Assembly (NCBI RefSeq): GCF_019464535.1
Contig: NZ_CP080507.1
Span: 2,610,001 to 2,642,000, forward strand
Direction: 5' to 3'
DNA: 32,000 bases
Origin: Horticoccus luteus
GTDB taxonomy: Bacteria > Verrucomicrobiota > Verrucomicrobiia > Opitutales > Opitutaceae
Of this stretch, positions 16,801 through 23,486 are shown in pieces. The notes below the pieces were generated by a model. That model ran no database searches. It was not told the origin of the DNA and saw only the letters and a program-made list of their open reading frames with translations. The position numbers were made by a program, and so were the translations under genes. Numbering within the stretch: position 1 is the first letter of the stretch; each line of letters begins with the position of its first letter.

Positions 16801-19681
16801 CCGGCTGGCCCGAAAACCCCGCCAGCGTGCTGACGGTCCCGGACGCGAGCACGATTTTGCGCACCGCATGGTTGTTGGTGTCGGCGATAAAGAGATTGGC
16901 GCCGGTCGCGTCGAGCGCGAGGCCCTGTGGCCAGGAGAATCGGGCGGCGGCGTTCGTGCCGTCCGCGCTGCCAGCCTGCCCCGGCGAACCGGCGATCGTC
17001 GTCACGGCACCCGCCGCGGTGACTTTGCGGATGATGTGATTGAGCGTGTCAGCCACATAGACGTTGCCTGCGGCATCGACGGCGATGCCGGATGGCGCGT
17101 CGAAGGTGGCCGCGGTGCCGGCGCCATCGGCGCTACCCGCGACGCCCGCCTTCCCCGCCAGCGTCGTGACCACGCCCGCCGCGGTTATTTTGCGAATAGT
17201 ATGGTTGCCAGTATCGGCCACGTAAGCGGTGCCGCCTCCGTCAACCGCGATGGCCGCGGGGTGATTCAAACGCGCGGCGGCGCCCGTCGCGTCGGTCGTG
17301 CCGACGGATCCCGCGGTGCCAGCGAGCGTGGTGACAGTCAACGGTTCGCCCGCGGATGGGACCGCTTGGACGACGAGCGTGAAAATCTGGGTGCCGTTGG
17401 GCGATTTGTCGTTCTGCGCGGTGACATTGAGTGTGAACGTCGTCGAGCTCAGCCCTGCACCGATGGTGCCCGCCGGGGGCGTGCCGCTCAACACGCCGGT
17501 CTGCGGATTGAGCGTCGCCCAAGCCGGGAGTCCGCTCGCGGTAAACGTCGGCGGCGGGGCGCCCGTCGCGGTAAACGTAAAGGTGCCGGGGACGCCTTCG
17601 GTGAAGGTCGTGCTCGCCCCACTCGTGATCTGCGGCGCCACAGGCGGCTGCACGCGCACCAAGATGGTATTGGAGCTCCCGCTGGTGCCGCTGCTGTTAT
17701 AAGCCCGCACGCGATAATAGTAATTGGTATTGATCGCCAGGCCGCCCACGTCGTCGCTCAAAACCGGTCCGACATCGAGATCTTGGAAGCCCGCGACGAA
17801 GCTGCCAAAGCCGGCATCGGTCGCCACGTCCAGGCGATAGCCCGTCGCGTTGGCCACACTGTCCCAGCGCGCGGTGAACCCGTTTTCGTTGATATTGCGC
17901 GCCAGTTCGGCGACCGGCGCGGCCGGGCGGGGCGCGGCATTAACGGTCACCTGCGCGGCCGAGGATGTCACTTGCGCGGCAAAATTGGCGACAGTCAGCG
18001 TATAGCTGCCGGTTTCATCGAGGCGCACGCTGTTCAATGTCAGCGTCGCTGTTGCGCTGCCGGAGGTGCGGCTGTCATCCGCCAATGCCACACCGTCTTT
18101 ATACCATTGAAAAACAAACGGTGGCGGACCGGACACCGTGGCGGCGAGGACAACGGTCGCGCCTTCAAAGACGGTTTGCCCCGTCGGCTGCGTATCAATT
18201 GCTGGCGGAGTCGCGGGAAAAACACCGAGCGTGGCCGCGGCACTCGTCACGCTCCCATATGAGTTCGTGATCGTCACCGTGAACGTTCCGGCATCCGTGA
18301 GCTGAGCGCCCGTGATCGTAAGCGTCGCGGTCGTCGCGCCGGAATAGACGCCACCGTCGCTGACCGGTGTGCCGTCTTTGCTCCAGACGTAAACGAGTGG
18401 CGGCGCCCCTTGCACGCCGACGGTGAACGACGCTGTCTGGCCTTCGAAAATCGTATGGTCGGGCGGTTGCGTGGTGATGACCGGTGCCGTCAGCACCATC
18501 AGCGTGGCCGCAGCGCTGGTAACGGAACCGGCGCTATTGCTCACGACCACGGTGTAGCTGCCGCTATCGGCCGGCTGGACATTGGTCAAAGCGAGTGTCG
18601 CGTCCGTGGCGGCGTCAATGGCCACACCATCTTTCTTCCATTGATAACTCGGCGTCGGTGCGCCCGTCGCGACTACGGAGAAATTGACCGCAGTGCCGGC
18701 CGGTGCCGTCTGGCTGGCCGGATCGGTGGTGATCGTCGGCGAGATCGAGGTGCGGGAGATAAGAAAATCGGTGACGGCCAGCGACGCATTATAGGTCGAG
18801 AGGATCATGAACGTATCGAAACCCACGAGCGGTGTGTCGGATGTTTCCGTGACCGCGTAGGTCATCACGGTGGTGCTGCCACTCGTGACCGAATACGAAA
18901 GCGCCATTTGCTTGTCGGCGACGCGACGCACGGAGAACTGGGCGACATACGAAGTGCCGTCGTTGGCGATCGCACCGACCGTGCCGCCGCCCGCACCGGG
19001 CAGCAACTGGCTGAAGGCCGAGTTGGTCGCGAGATCGCTGGATGTCGGTCCGAGCCACTGCTGACTGCGGCCCGGCGCCCCATCGCGACGCCAGAACGCG
19101 AGCGAATTGGTCGACGGCGTCGGAGAAGCCGTCGAGTCGACGATATACGCGGAGTAGCCACGCGGGGTGTTGCCGCCGCTCGTCAAACTAAAGTTGTCCG
19201 CAATCACGCGGGCCGCCGGCGGCAGTTCGCCATCAGGGCGGGGATTGGCGCTGGCGCCGTCGTTGACCGCCCGGCCGTTGCCGCCGCTGTTGAGAAACGC
19301 GAGGCGGAAGTCCCCCGTGCTGGACGCGCCGGAACCTCCCGAATAGTTAAACTTCACGGTCGCCGTGAGCGTTTCTCCCACTGCCAGTGATGCGACCGTG
19401 GTCGACGGCGTGAAGTAGGCCATCAATCCACGATTGCCGGCCGACGCGCCGACCGAGGCGTTTTGATTATAGACCAAGGCGGCGCCGCCTGCATACCAAA
19501 CGGCTTGGGTGGCGGTCGGCGCACGGAAACCGTTCGCGTCGACATCGAGGCCGGCATTGGCGGCCGGCGCAGCGAAAGTGTCGTGCAAGATGGGCGTCGT
19601 CACGGTCGCCGCTGAAAGAGCGGTGGCAGCGCCCAGCAAGGGCAACGAAACCAGCGAACGAAAAAAATTGGACATACTCAT
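7838..19681 (-). CDS. giant multidomain surface protein (3947 aa): Ig-like / FN3 / He_PIG-like / NHL beta-propeller / GH28-like beta-helix, with a C-terminal membrane-anchor-type sorting signal; apparently two gene architectures fused in frame
   Basis: A single open frame of 3948 codons. Signal peptide MSMSNFFRSLVSLPLLGAATALSAA. About 14 Ig-like units carry the motif (Y/F)xW(K/Y)K(D/N)G…(D/N)(S/A)G.Y(T)V.V(S/T)N. Four FN3 units follow GFTA.W….GY.LDV(A/S)TD..F…Y(Y/F)YRVRA.N. There are two LP.W.TLN..TGVL(S/A)GTPP units (He_PIG-like). Two sets of six NHL blades read (F/L)N.P.G(I/V)AVD..GN(V/L)YVADT.NH.IRK(I/V). The GH28 motifs are listed separately below. The terminal GGGGGGAPGAWFYLALSLLAAARWLQSRGARR is a Gly run, a TM helix and a basic cluster. 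Confidence 0.9.
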   Translation of the reverse strand: MSMSNFFRSLVSLPLLGAATALSAATVTTPILHDTFAAPAANAGLDVDANGFRAPTATQAVWYAGGAALVYNQNASVGASAGNRGLMAYFTPSTTVASLAVGETLTATVKFNYSGGSGASSTGDFRLAFLNSGGNGRAVNDGASANPRPDGELPPAARVIADNFSLTSGGNTPRGYSAYIVDSTASPTPSTNSLAFWRRDGAPGRSQQWLGPTSSDLATNSAFSQLLPGAGGGTVGAIANDGTSYVAQFSVRRVADKQMALSYSVTSGSTTVMTYAVTETSDTPLVGFDTFMILSTYNASLAVTDFLISRTSISPTITTDPASQTAPAGTAVNFSVVATGAPTPSYQWKKDGVAIDAATDATLALTNVQPADSGSYTVVVSNSAGSVTSAAATLMVLTAPVITTQPPDHTIFEGQTASFTVGVQGAPPLVYVWSKDGTPVSDGGVYSGATTATLTITGAQLTDAGTFTVTITNSYGSVTSAAATLGVFPATPPAIDTQPTGQTVFEGATVVLAATVSGPPPFVFQWYKDGVALADDSRTSGSATATLTLNSVRLDETGSYTLTVANFAAQVTSSAAQVTVNAAPRPAAPVAELARNINENGFTARWDSVANATGYRLDVATDAGFGSFVAGFQDLDVGPVLSDDVGGLAINTNYYYRVRAYNSSGTSGSSNTILVRVQPPVAPQITSGASTTFTEGVPGTFTFTATGAPPPTFTASGLPAWATLNPQTGVLSGTPPAGTIGAGLSSTTFTLNVTAQNDKSPNGTQIFTLVVQAVPSAGEPLTVTTLAGTAGSVGTTDATGAAARLNHPAAIAVDGGGTAYVADTGNHTIRKITAAGVVTTLAGKAGVAGSADGAGTAATFDAPSGIAVDAAGNVYVADTLNHIIRKVTAAGAVTTIAGSPGQAGSADGTNAAARFSWPQGLALDATGANLFIADTNNHAVRKIVLASGTVSTLAGFSGQPGSVDGVGGAARFDAPYGVAVDANGNVYVADTDNATIRLVTPDGAVTTLAGLAGSTGAADGTGAGARFNHPYGVTVDSAFNVYVVDTDNYTVRKIVSALGVVTTVGGQAGKPGSVDGIGTAARFNSPGGIAVNSAGDLYIADTDNNTVRSAGVPHGPVIVTHPQSLSVASGASAQFTVKATGRPAPTYQWYLNGNVVPNATSDTYTVSAASAANAGDYTVVVTNSLGSVTSNSAGLVVTATSAPPVSLPGGGGGAPGWWFYFALVVAAAARWLSRRRERRFSFMRHSTLFIFAAVLVLAGSAATLRAQVTTALVHDTWQDGTRTDPSATDGYAENNGVKGTDADSDGDLESQWFQGGVGTLTVSSGAMTATEDTASQTLFTYFTPAATPVTLAKAGDSMTLKWVFRTTGVNATNSSQGFNLAVAQAPADSRVTADGSIPSAAYTGYAMFMNMGASLGNSNSFQLRKWALGAGVAGNLLGTSGNWTALANGAPKNVHGYDDGTDYTFTITFTRIAGTPNTLDIVATMSGGTFNDTGSASVSYSDPSPSTFTFDTFDVRPSSAALTATTIDFRLFDVTYTTTVVAPSITTEPSPGSQSVAAGATVTYTVAATGDAPLGYKWAKGGVDLVDEAGHIAGATTDTLTISNAVSGDTGNYTVAVSNAGGTASSDSVALTVTSPPAAPVATAATGPSTAGFTANWSAGAGATSYRLDVSTDEFFGSFVSGYANRDVGNVLTQAITGLSDNTTYYYRVRAVNTDGTSASSNTINVATPPAPVSITTQPASQSVTIGSNVTFTVAATSSTSLSYQWLKRVGAGAFVEIGNATSASLVLTNVQLSDSNSAYEVVVTNAAGSVTSDPATLTVTAGAVAVTIATQPASQAVNAGGTVTFTVAASGTGPFTYVWKKDTNVVSDSAGHIAGSSTNTLTITNAVAGDAGVYTVDVSNAAPSTVTSADATLTVQSPPTASAATLVTESHFTANWSAVGGATTYQLDVATDSGFTAFVSGFQNLDVGNVTSSAVTGLAATSTYFYRVRAVNGSLATAASNTVSATTLAAPAGVTVVHDAVTAAAVNAGLATDANGFLTPTATQAPWVSFGTANIAYKPGTSLGTSSGSTRGLMAYFAPSAAPISLGLGETLSANVTFVFGASTPAENPGNFRLALLNSGGNGAATNDAAATISARYAPATSNSLTGTPTGNTARGYSGYIIDTKAATTASTDTLSFWTRTGTSVAASGSTQIIGPTSTDLAATGTFGLLGSGGGTAGAILNDATTVYTATFNITYVSASEIDLSYTVKSGGTTVMTYSYSQTSGPVVASFDSLMFYSSYGPAPSILDLHVTKLAAPPVFTTQPATQSATVGATVTLSAAATGSAPLSYRWQKNNVDLNDGGIISGATTDTLTLAGVQLADSGDYKLVVTNAAASVASTVATLTVSSAPVAPTITAQPQSATLAAGTSASFSVAVTGSTPITYQWKKDGVALSDNARITGSATATLAVANLQNGDAGSYTVDVTNSVTTVTSDAAVLTVTAPPPAIVVQPLTQSALLGSRVSLSVFATGVGPLSYQWKKSGSDIAGATASTLTLTGLDSSDGGNYTVGVTNGGGTTTSATAVLTTVAPASATLPTQPIIPAGVFNVVDYGAVGDGTTNNTASIQAAINAAQAAGGGTIEIPAAASPYLTGPLTLRSNMNLQIDGGAILRALPYGTYPNSTTSPADLISIASGATNIAITGNGVIEGDGAAWWTAYNNDSTISRPRLLQFTRAANVLVSGITLQNSPQFHLAMSGSGGTSNSNVTIFGLTVTAPSSSPNTDGVDPTATNVLIQNCTISVGDDNIAIKAANGPCSNITVADCTFGTGHGLSVGGQTNLGLDGLTVLRCTFNGTTSGLRLKADATQGGVVQNLTYSDITMTNVQYPIVFYSYYNQVGNPGATSGSNQTTPTKVKAWNVTPPNPLAAATVSVWKNIAINNLTATGASGYSIIWGLPLANGLISNVSLNNVSIAGGPGLELYNVADVQYSGTTSFTGLTTANALAITGQPAAQAIAPGQTATFTVVAAGTSGVNGTAPTYQWRREGIALVDGAQSNGSVVSGAQSATLTITGARNGNAGAYTCTVANTLDGYNTASSVLAPDSLPVSSTSKGAQLSVSTSGTLPTINTPPVSQTVATGSTVTLTVEASSATPLSYHWTKDGNALGDGGRVSGTGTATLTLTGVQPADSADYAVVVTNDGGSVTSASATLAVQTPPLITSQSVSQAAFQGDNVTLSVVATGTAPLSYQWKKDGVNLADGGALSGTGTASLTLTGVVVADSGSYTVKVSNAVGAATSTPAVLTVTIPPMAPPAPVAQPATNLASGGFTAHWNAVDNAQGYLLDVSTDSSFATFLNGYNGFDVGTNLSRNIAGLSAGTSYYYRVRAYNDVGPSANSTVIEAATPTLSQAPVITSASSTTFTIGLPASFTITASGAPASTFAAAGLPDWVTLNSATGVLAGTPPNGTVGAIYHLVLTAHNGSGADATQVFTLSVQDVPAPAVPMTITTVAGQVLTAGSADGTGTGATFRDPMAVAVDATGNIYVADTDNHVIRRIAPGGVVTTFAGTAGSPGTANGSGATARFNSPAGITVDSSGNVYVADTLNHTIRRISVSGSVSTLAGLAGTSGSADGTAAARFFGPQGVAFYSDGANSSLYVADTNNHTIRKVNLATTEVTTVAGLAGQPGAVDGTGSAARFNAPSDVAVDRNGNLYVADTENNTIRAVSAGGVVKTIAGLAGSSGAADGTATAARFNHPSALTVDGSFNVFVLDTDNHTIRKIVSVGGVVTTVAGQAGTFGSADGVGAAARFKFPSGIVQAPSGEFYIADTVNQTVRQGVFPNAPIIQTQPQSQSVTAGATVQFFVAATGQPAPTYRWYFNGNQVSSGTSTTLTVTNVQASNAGQYTVVVSNSQGTVTSNAATLTVNNPPSSGGVGGSSDSGGGGGGAPGAWFYLALSLLAAARWLQSRGARRLSSIKNS
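10760..11935 (-). other. GH28-type (polygalacturonase-like) right-handed beta-helix catalytic domain embedded in the giant ORF
   Basis: The N-terminal cap VFNVVDYGAVGDGTTNNTASIQAAINAA is followed by the four GH28 signature segments in the canonical order: NTDGVD, VGDDNIAIK, GTGHGLSVGG and SGLRLKA. Domain borders are approximate. Confidence 0.75.
15881..16057 (-). other. internal junction: complete C-terminal-type sorting signal, then GGAGG + ATG + signal peptide in the same frame with no stop codon
   Basis: …PGGGGGAPGWWFYFALVVAAAARWLSRRRERRFSF | MRHSTLFIFAAVLVLAGSAATLRAQ…. The ATG at 15955-15953 is codon 1243 ((19681-15955)/3 = 1242). GGAGG at 15969-15965 lies 9 nt upstream of that ATG. Confidence 0.7.
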
Positions 19682-20192
19682 AGTGGGGACTGGGGCAGAA
19701 TGCGACCGGGGGGCGTCGGGTAATTAGCTGGCTGGGCGGACGACGGCGAGCACAGAGACACGGCCAGCTCGGTTAACACAGGGATAAAGAAAACGCAGGA
19801 AAACGCTTGGTTGACCATGCCGGATGGCGTCGTCGAAGTAAGCGGGAGAAAGCGTCATAAGAATCAGATCGAGCCAACCACTGGAGGGTCTCGGGAGATT
19901 AGAACGTTAACTAGGAGGCGGGGTATAAATCTTCGGAAAGGCAGGGCGACCGAAGGACAGCCCGAGGAGCTTAACAAGCTGCACCCTGCGCGCATCGTTG
20001 ACTAGGGGAACCGGCCGGCCGGCATCGCGGCTGGGATGTTGTTTATATAGCGGCCTGACCCGCGATTTTATTGGGAGTAAAACATCCGGGCCTGTCCGCG
20101 ACGCCGCCGGCGTTCCCGCGATTTTAAGTTGTCGGCGGTCGGCGGTTGTCATTGGTCTTGCACGTTCCGCGCTCGCGCGTCGCCTCCCTTCA
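19682..20192. promoter_or_regulatory. divergent intergenic region between the giant ORF (minus) and the membrane-TPR gene (plus)
   Basis: About 510 bp with no convincing ORF. It contains GCGCATCGTTGAC (19990-20002), also present at 810-822, and a 12-nt direct repeat CCCGCGATTTTA (20059-20070 and 20115-20126). No promoter hexamers could be assigned with confidence. Confidence 0.35.
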
Positions 20193-21767
20193 ATGCGGAA
20201 CGCCTCGCTCGCTCCCGCGCTCCCCTCACCCGTGACTTCACCTAACTCCGCCGAAATCTTCCGCCGTTGGTTGCTCGCGGTCGCCGTCTTCGCGGTATTG
20301 ATCTTCTTTTTTAGTCCCTGCTGGGGAGCCTTTCTTCTCTGGGCTCGCGTGCCCGAGATGCAAATGATGCTTGAGGTTCGACGCGGCGCGAGCGTCCTCG
20401 CCCAAGTCGATCATTTGGGCGGCCCCATCGCTGATCCGCTGCATCGGGCGATCCAATGGCGGTTGTTGTTTCCAAGCCTCGGCCGGCTTTTGCATTTGCC
20501 GCCAGCGATCCTGTTCGGCCTGGCCGACGTCGGCTGCGTGCTTGTATTAGGTTATCTCATCGCACTGCTGCGTCGGCAAGGGCTCGCGTGGCTGCAGTGC
20601 GGGTTGGCCGGAATCGCGCTTGGCGCGGCTTCTTGGTTCTTCACCTCCACAGGCTGGCTCGGCTACTGGGATTCGTGGATCGCGCTGGCCTTGCTGCTGG
20701 TCGCCTTCGCCGACGTCCGCCAATGGGCTTGGTTTGCATGCGTCTGGGCGCCTTGGATTGATGAACGCTTCGTTCTCGCCGCCCCGCTCGCTCTCCTCTG
20801 TCGCTCCGTGCTCGATGCCGCGGGAGCGCTGCCGGCGACAGCTCGCTTTCGCTGGCGCACGGACCTCGCGGTGCCCGCGGTTTTGCTGGCCGCTTTTGTC
20901 GTCGTGCGCCTCGGCGTGTTAGGCAGGTATTCCAGTTCTGAGGCCACGATTTCGGGCTACATGGGACTGCGCCACTATCTGGATGCTCCGTTGAGCCGGA
21001 TCGCGCTCGGTATCTGGGACGGGTTGCGCGTCGGTTGGTTTTTTGCCGGCGCTGGCTTTTTTCTTTTGTGGAAACACCCGGCCTCGGCACCCGCTGCTTC
21101 GCGAGCTCCGGAACTTATCCGCCAAGGGTGGCTGCTGGCCGCCGCCGTCGTGCTGGTCGTGGGAATTGGGCTCGCCACAGCACAAGACTATAGCCGCTCC
21201 ATGACGATGGTGCTGCCCGCCAGCGTGCTGGGAGTGATCCTCCTCCATCGTCTCGACATCGGTTGGCTGACGCGCGCCTTGTGGGTTGGCGCCTGCGCCG
21301 CCGTCCTGCTGCCGGCGCATCATGTGATGAACGACCGCGTTAATCCCATTTTCTACCTCTACCACGAACTGGCTGCGCTCCATACGCCGCCGCGCGTCGC
21401 CATGCCTGAACTCTACGAACTGCGGGCCATCCATGAAATGGAACGCGGCGATACCGCTTCCGCTCAAACCGACCTCACTCTTGCCATCAAACTCGCGGTC
21501 AATCCCGCCTCACCCGCGCGTCAACGCGGCCTCCTCGCGGCGAGCCAAGGCCGCTGGCCCGACGCCCTGCGCGACTTCTCGCTGGCCGTCGACCACGATG
21601 CGCAAAACCCGGAGTCGTGGTTCATGCGCGCCCAAGCCAATCTCGCGCTCGGCCAAACCGCCGCGGCCCGTTCGGATTTCGATCACGCGCTTACCTTGGC
21701 GCCTCCCGGTTGGGCGGCTCGGCCCGATGTGGTGCGCTTCCTTGCTCGCTTAACACGCACGTCGTGA
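20193..21767 (+). CDS. polytopic membrane protein with C-terminal TPR repeats (function unknown)
   Basis: Track ORF 19998..21767 trimmed to the ATG at 20193 (MRNASLAPALPSP…). The upstream 65 codons are Arg/Cys/Gly-rich and look non-coding. There are many hydrophobic helices (LLAVAVFAVLIFFF, ILFGLADVGCVLVLGYLIALL, …). The C-terminal ~130 aa are TPR-like (…DLTLAIKLAVNPASP…, …WFMRAQANLALGQTAAARSDFDHALTLAP). The start choice is uncertain. Confidence 0.7.
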   Translation: MRNASLAPALPSPVTSPNSAEIFRRWLLAVAVFAVLIFFFSPCWGAFLLWARVPEMQMMLEVRRGASVLAQVDHLGGPIADPLHRAIQWRLLFPSLGRLLHLPPAILFGLADVGCVLVLGYLIALLRRQGLAWLQCGLAGIALGAASWFFTSTGWLGYWDSWIALALLLVAFADVRQWAWFACVWAPWIDERFVLAAPLALLCRSVLDAAGALPATARFRWRTDLAVPAVLLAAFVVVRLGVLGRYSSSEATISGYMGLRHYLDAPLSRIALGIWDGLRVGWFFAGAGFFLLWKHPASAPAASRAPELIRQGWLLAAAVVLVVGIGLATAQDYSRSMTMVLPASVLGVILLHRLDIGWLTRALWVGACAAVLLPAHHVMNDRVNPIFYLYHELAALHTPPRVAMPELYELRAIHEMERGDTASAQTDLTLAIKLAVNPASPARQRGLLAASQGRWPDALRDFSLAVDHDAQNPESWFMRAQANLALGQTAAARSDFDHALTLAPPGWAARPDVVRFLARLTRTS

Positions 21768-22020
21768 CGCCCGCCTCCCGCGCGGGGCAAACGCATTCGA
21801 GACCGTCCCGACCCGAGCCGTGGGCGGACCGCGTTTCCTCCCTCTCCATGTCGACGCAGCCTCGGCGGTGACTAAGGTGAACGCACCGTGCTTGCGGGCG
21901 GTTGAAAAATCAGTTCGTCTACCGCTCGTTCAACGCAACCTGCGGCCCGCCTCATCAATCGATCCGACGGACGCAAGTCTTTGACGGCTTTCTTCTCCTT
22001 CTCATTTTCGCCTCCCCGTA

Positions 22021-23085
22021 GTGCAGAACGAAACGACACTTCAGGACGTTGCCCAAGCGGCCGGTGTGCACCGGACCACCGTCTCGCTTTCCCTTCGTGA
22101 TAATCCCCGGATTCCGCAGGCCACTCGCGACCGCGTCAAAGCCATCGCCCGCGAACTTGGTTACCGCACCAACCCCTTGGTGTCGGCGCTGATGCAGGTC
22201 CGCCGTTCCGGCAAGCCGCCGAAACAGGCCACGATTGCCTTCGTTACGAATTACCCGACGCGTTACGGCTGGAAACCAGAGCACCACGACCGTCCTGACT
22301 TCTTTCCCGGTGCCGCCGCTCGCGCCGAAGACTTTGGCTATAAAGTCGAACACTTCTGGCTCGCCGAACCCGGCATGACGCCCCACCGCTTTTGCGACAT
22401 TCTCTCCGCGCGCGGCATTAATGGACTTATCATCGGCCGCCTCCCCACCGGCCAGGATTCGCTCGAATTGGAGTGGGATCGCTTCTCTTGCGTGGCCCTG
22501 GGCATGACGTTGCGCTCGCCCATTCTCCACCACGTGACGGAAAACCATTTTGATACCGTCTGGCAGGCCATGGAGCGATGTGTCGAACGCGGTTACCAGC
22601 GCATCGGATTCGCGTTTACGGATAAACAAGACAGCCCTCACGTCGGCGACCGCTGGCTTGGAGCGTATTTGCGCCAACAGCTCCGGCTGCCCGCGAAAAA
22701 TCGCCTGCCGGTCTGTCCGCAGGATCCGACCAACGAAGAGCAGTTTCGGAAATGGTTTCTCGACCACGAGCCCGATGCACTCCTCGTCAACAATCCGCGC
22801 CTCGCGGTCGAATGGTTGAAAAAAATCGGCCGCCGTGTCCCGGGCGACGTGGCCATGGTCGCGCTGGAACACCGGCGTGAACTCGCGTGCACGGGTGTGT
22901 TTTACGACCCCGCAAAAATCGGAGCACTCGCCGTCGAAATGCTCATCGGCCTGATGCACCGCAACGAAGCCGGCGTGCCCGCAGTGCAGCATGAAATTCT
23001 GCTCACCGGCGCGTGGCACGAGGATTGTATGTTGCCCGTTCGCGTCCGCCGCGAGATGAAGCCGGTTCCCGCCAACCGGTCGTAG
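22021..23085 (+). CDS. LacI-family transcriptional regulator
   Basis: GTG start. The N-terminal TLQDVAQAAGVHRTTVSLSLRDNPRIPQATRDRVKAIARELGYRTNPLVSALM is the canonical LacI/GalR HTH plus hinge, followed by a ~290-aa periplasmic-binding-protein-like effector domain. The equally long antisense ORF 21955..23019 is a shadow. Confidence 0.9.
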   Translation: MQNETTLQDVAQAAGVHRTTVSLSLRDNPRIPQATRDRVKAIARELGYRTNPLVSALMQVRRSGKPPKQATIAFVTNYPTRYGWKPEHHDRPDFFPGAAARAEDFGYKVEHFWLAEPGMTPHRFCDILSARGINGLIIGRLPTGQDSLELEWDRFSCVALGMTLRSPILHHVTENHFDTVWQAMERCVERGYQRIGFAFTDKQDSPHVGDRWLGAYLRQQLRLPAKNRLPVCPQDPTNEEQFRKWFLDHEPDALLVNNPRLAVEWLKKIGRRVPGDVAMVALEHRRELACTGVFYDPAKIGALAVEMLIGLMHRNEAGVPAVQHEILLTGAWHEDCMLPVRVRREMKPVPANRS

Positions 23086-23486
23086 GCGACCACGGCGGCG
23101 CAGGACTTGCCCGCGCTCGTCCGGTCACGCTTCTAAGCGGACTTTTCGGAGGCCTTCTGGCGCTGATACTTGCGCGCCTGGAGGGAGTTGAAGAGTGCAC
23201 CAAACAAATGTTAGTCCTCGACCCGACGGAGACACGCCTCGGCACGGCGCTGGCGAAGTGCGCTATTGAGGCCGCAGTCACGCGATCGTTTGGAAGATCC
23301 TGTGCGCATGCTACTGCCATCGGCCTATTTTTCATCTGACCGAGACCAGATTCCTCCGGACCGGTCCCTCTTGTTGCAGGTGCTCGACAAGCTCGGCCAT
23401 GACGCTGTGGCCCAAAATTGTAATCCGAGGGCGGCGAATCGACCTCAATAAGCTCCGGTGCGAAAAGAGGCCATCGCCCTTCCAAT

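Noticed and set aside
4179-19390. Very long plus-strand ORFs: 4179..5384, 5409..7571, 8951..10408, 10562..12814, 14063..15187, 16595..18262 and 18410..19390.
   Set aside because: All lie antisense to the TBDR and giant ORF. Their translations are Arg/Gly/Ala/Asp-rich with no domain signatures, signal peptides or sensible starts. These are the typical stop-poor shadow frames of high-GC coding sequence. The minus-strand products have clear domain grammar.
19661-19667. T7 homopolymer on the coding strand at codons 5-7 of the giant ORF (AAT TTT TTT), a possible slipped-strand phase-variation switch. A similar A7 lies at 12121-12127.
   Set aside because: Seven nucleotides is short for efficient slippage. 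An equivalent A7 tract also occurs in the LacI gene (about 22816-22822), so the tract is not specific to the surface-protein gene.
7838-19681. Periodic repetition inside the giant ORF that could be mistaken for a CRISPR array or tandem DNA repeat.
   Set aside because: The repeats are ~270-300-nt diverged protein-domain units (Ig, FN3, NHL blades) in one continuous reading frame. There are no short identical repeats separated by unique spacers and no cas genes.
21775-21800. GC-rich short inverted repeat (CCCGC…GCGGG) just after the membrane-TPR gene stop.
   Set aside because: The stem is only 5 bp with no downstream T-tract. This is not enough for a terminator call.
21955-23019. 354-aa minus-strand ORF of the same length as the LacI gene.
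   Set aside because: It is the antisense shadow of the LacI-family CDS. The plus-strand product has a textbook HTH and effector domain, and the minus-strand product has none.
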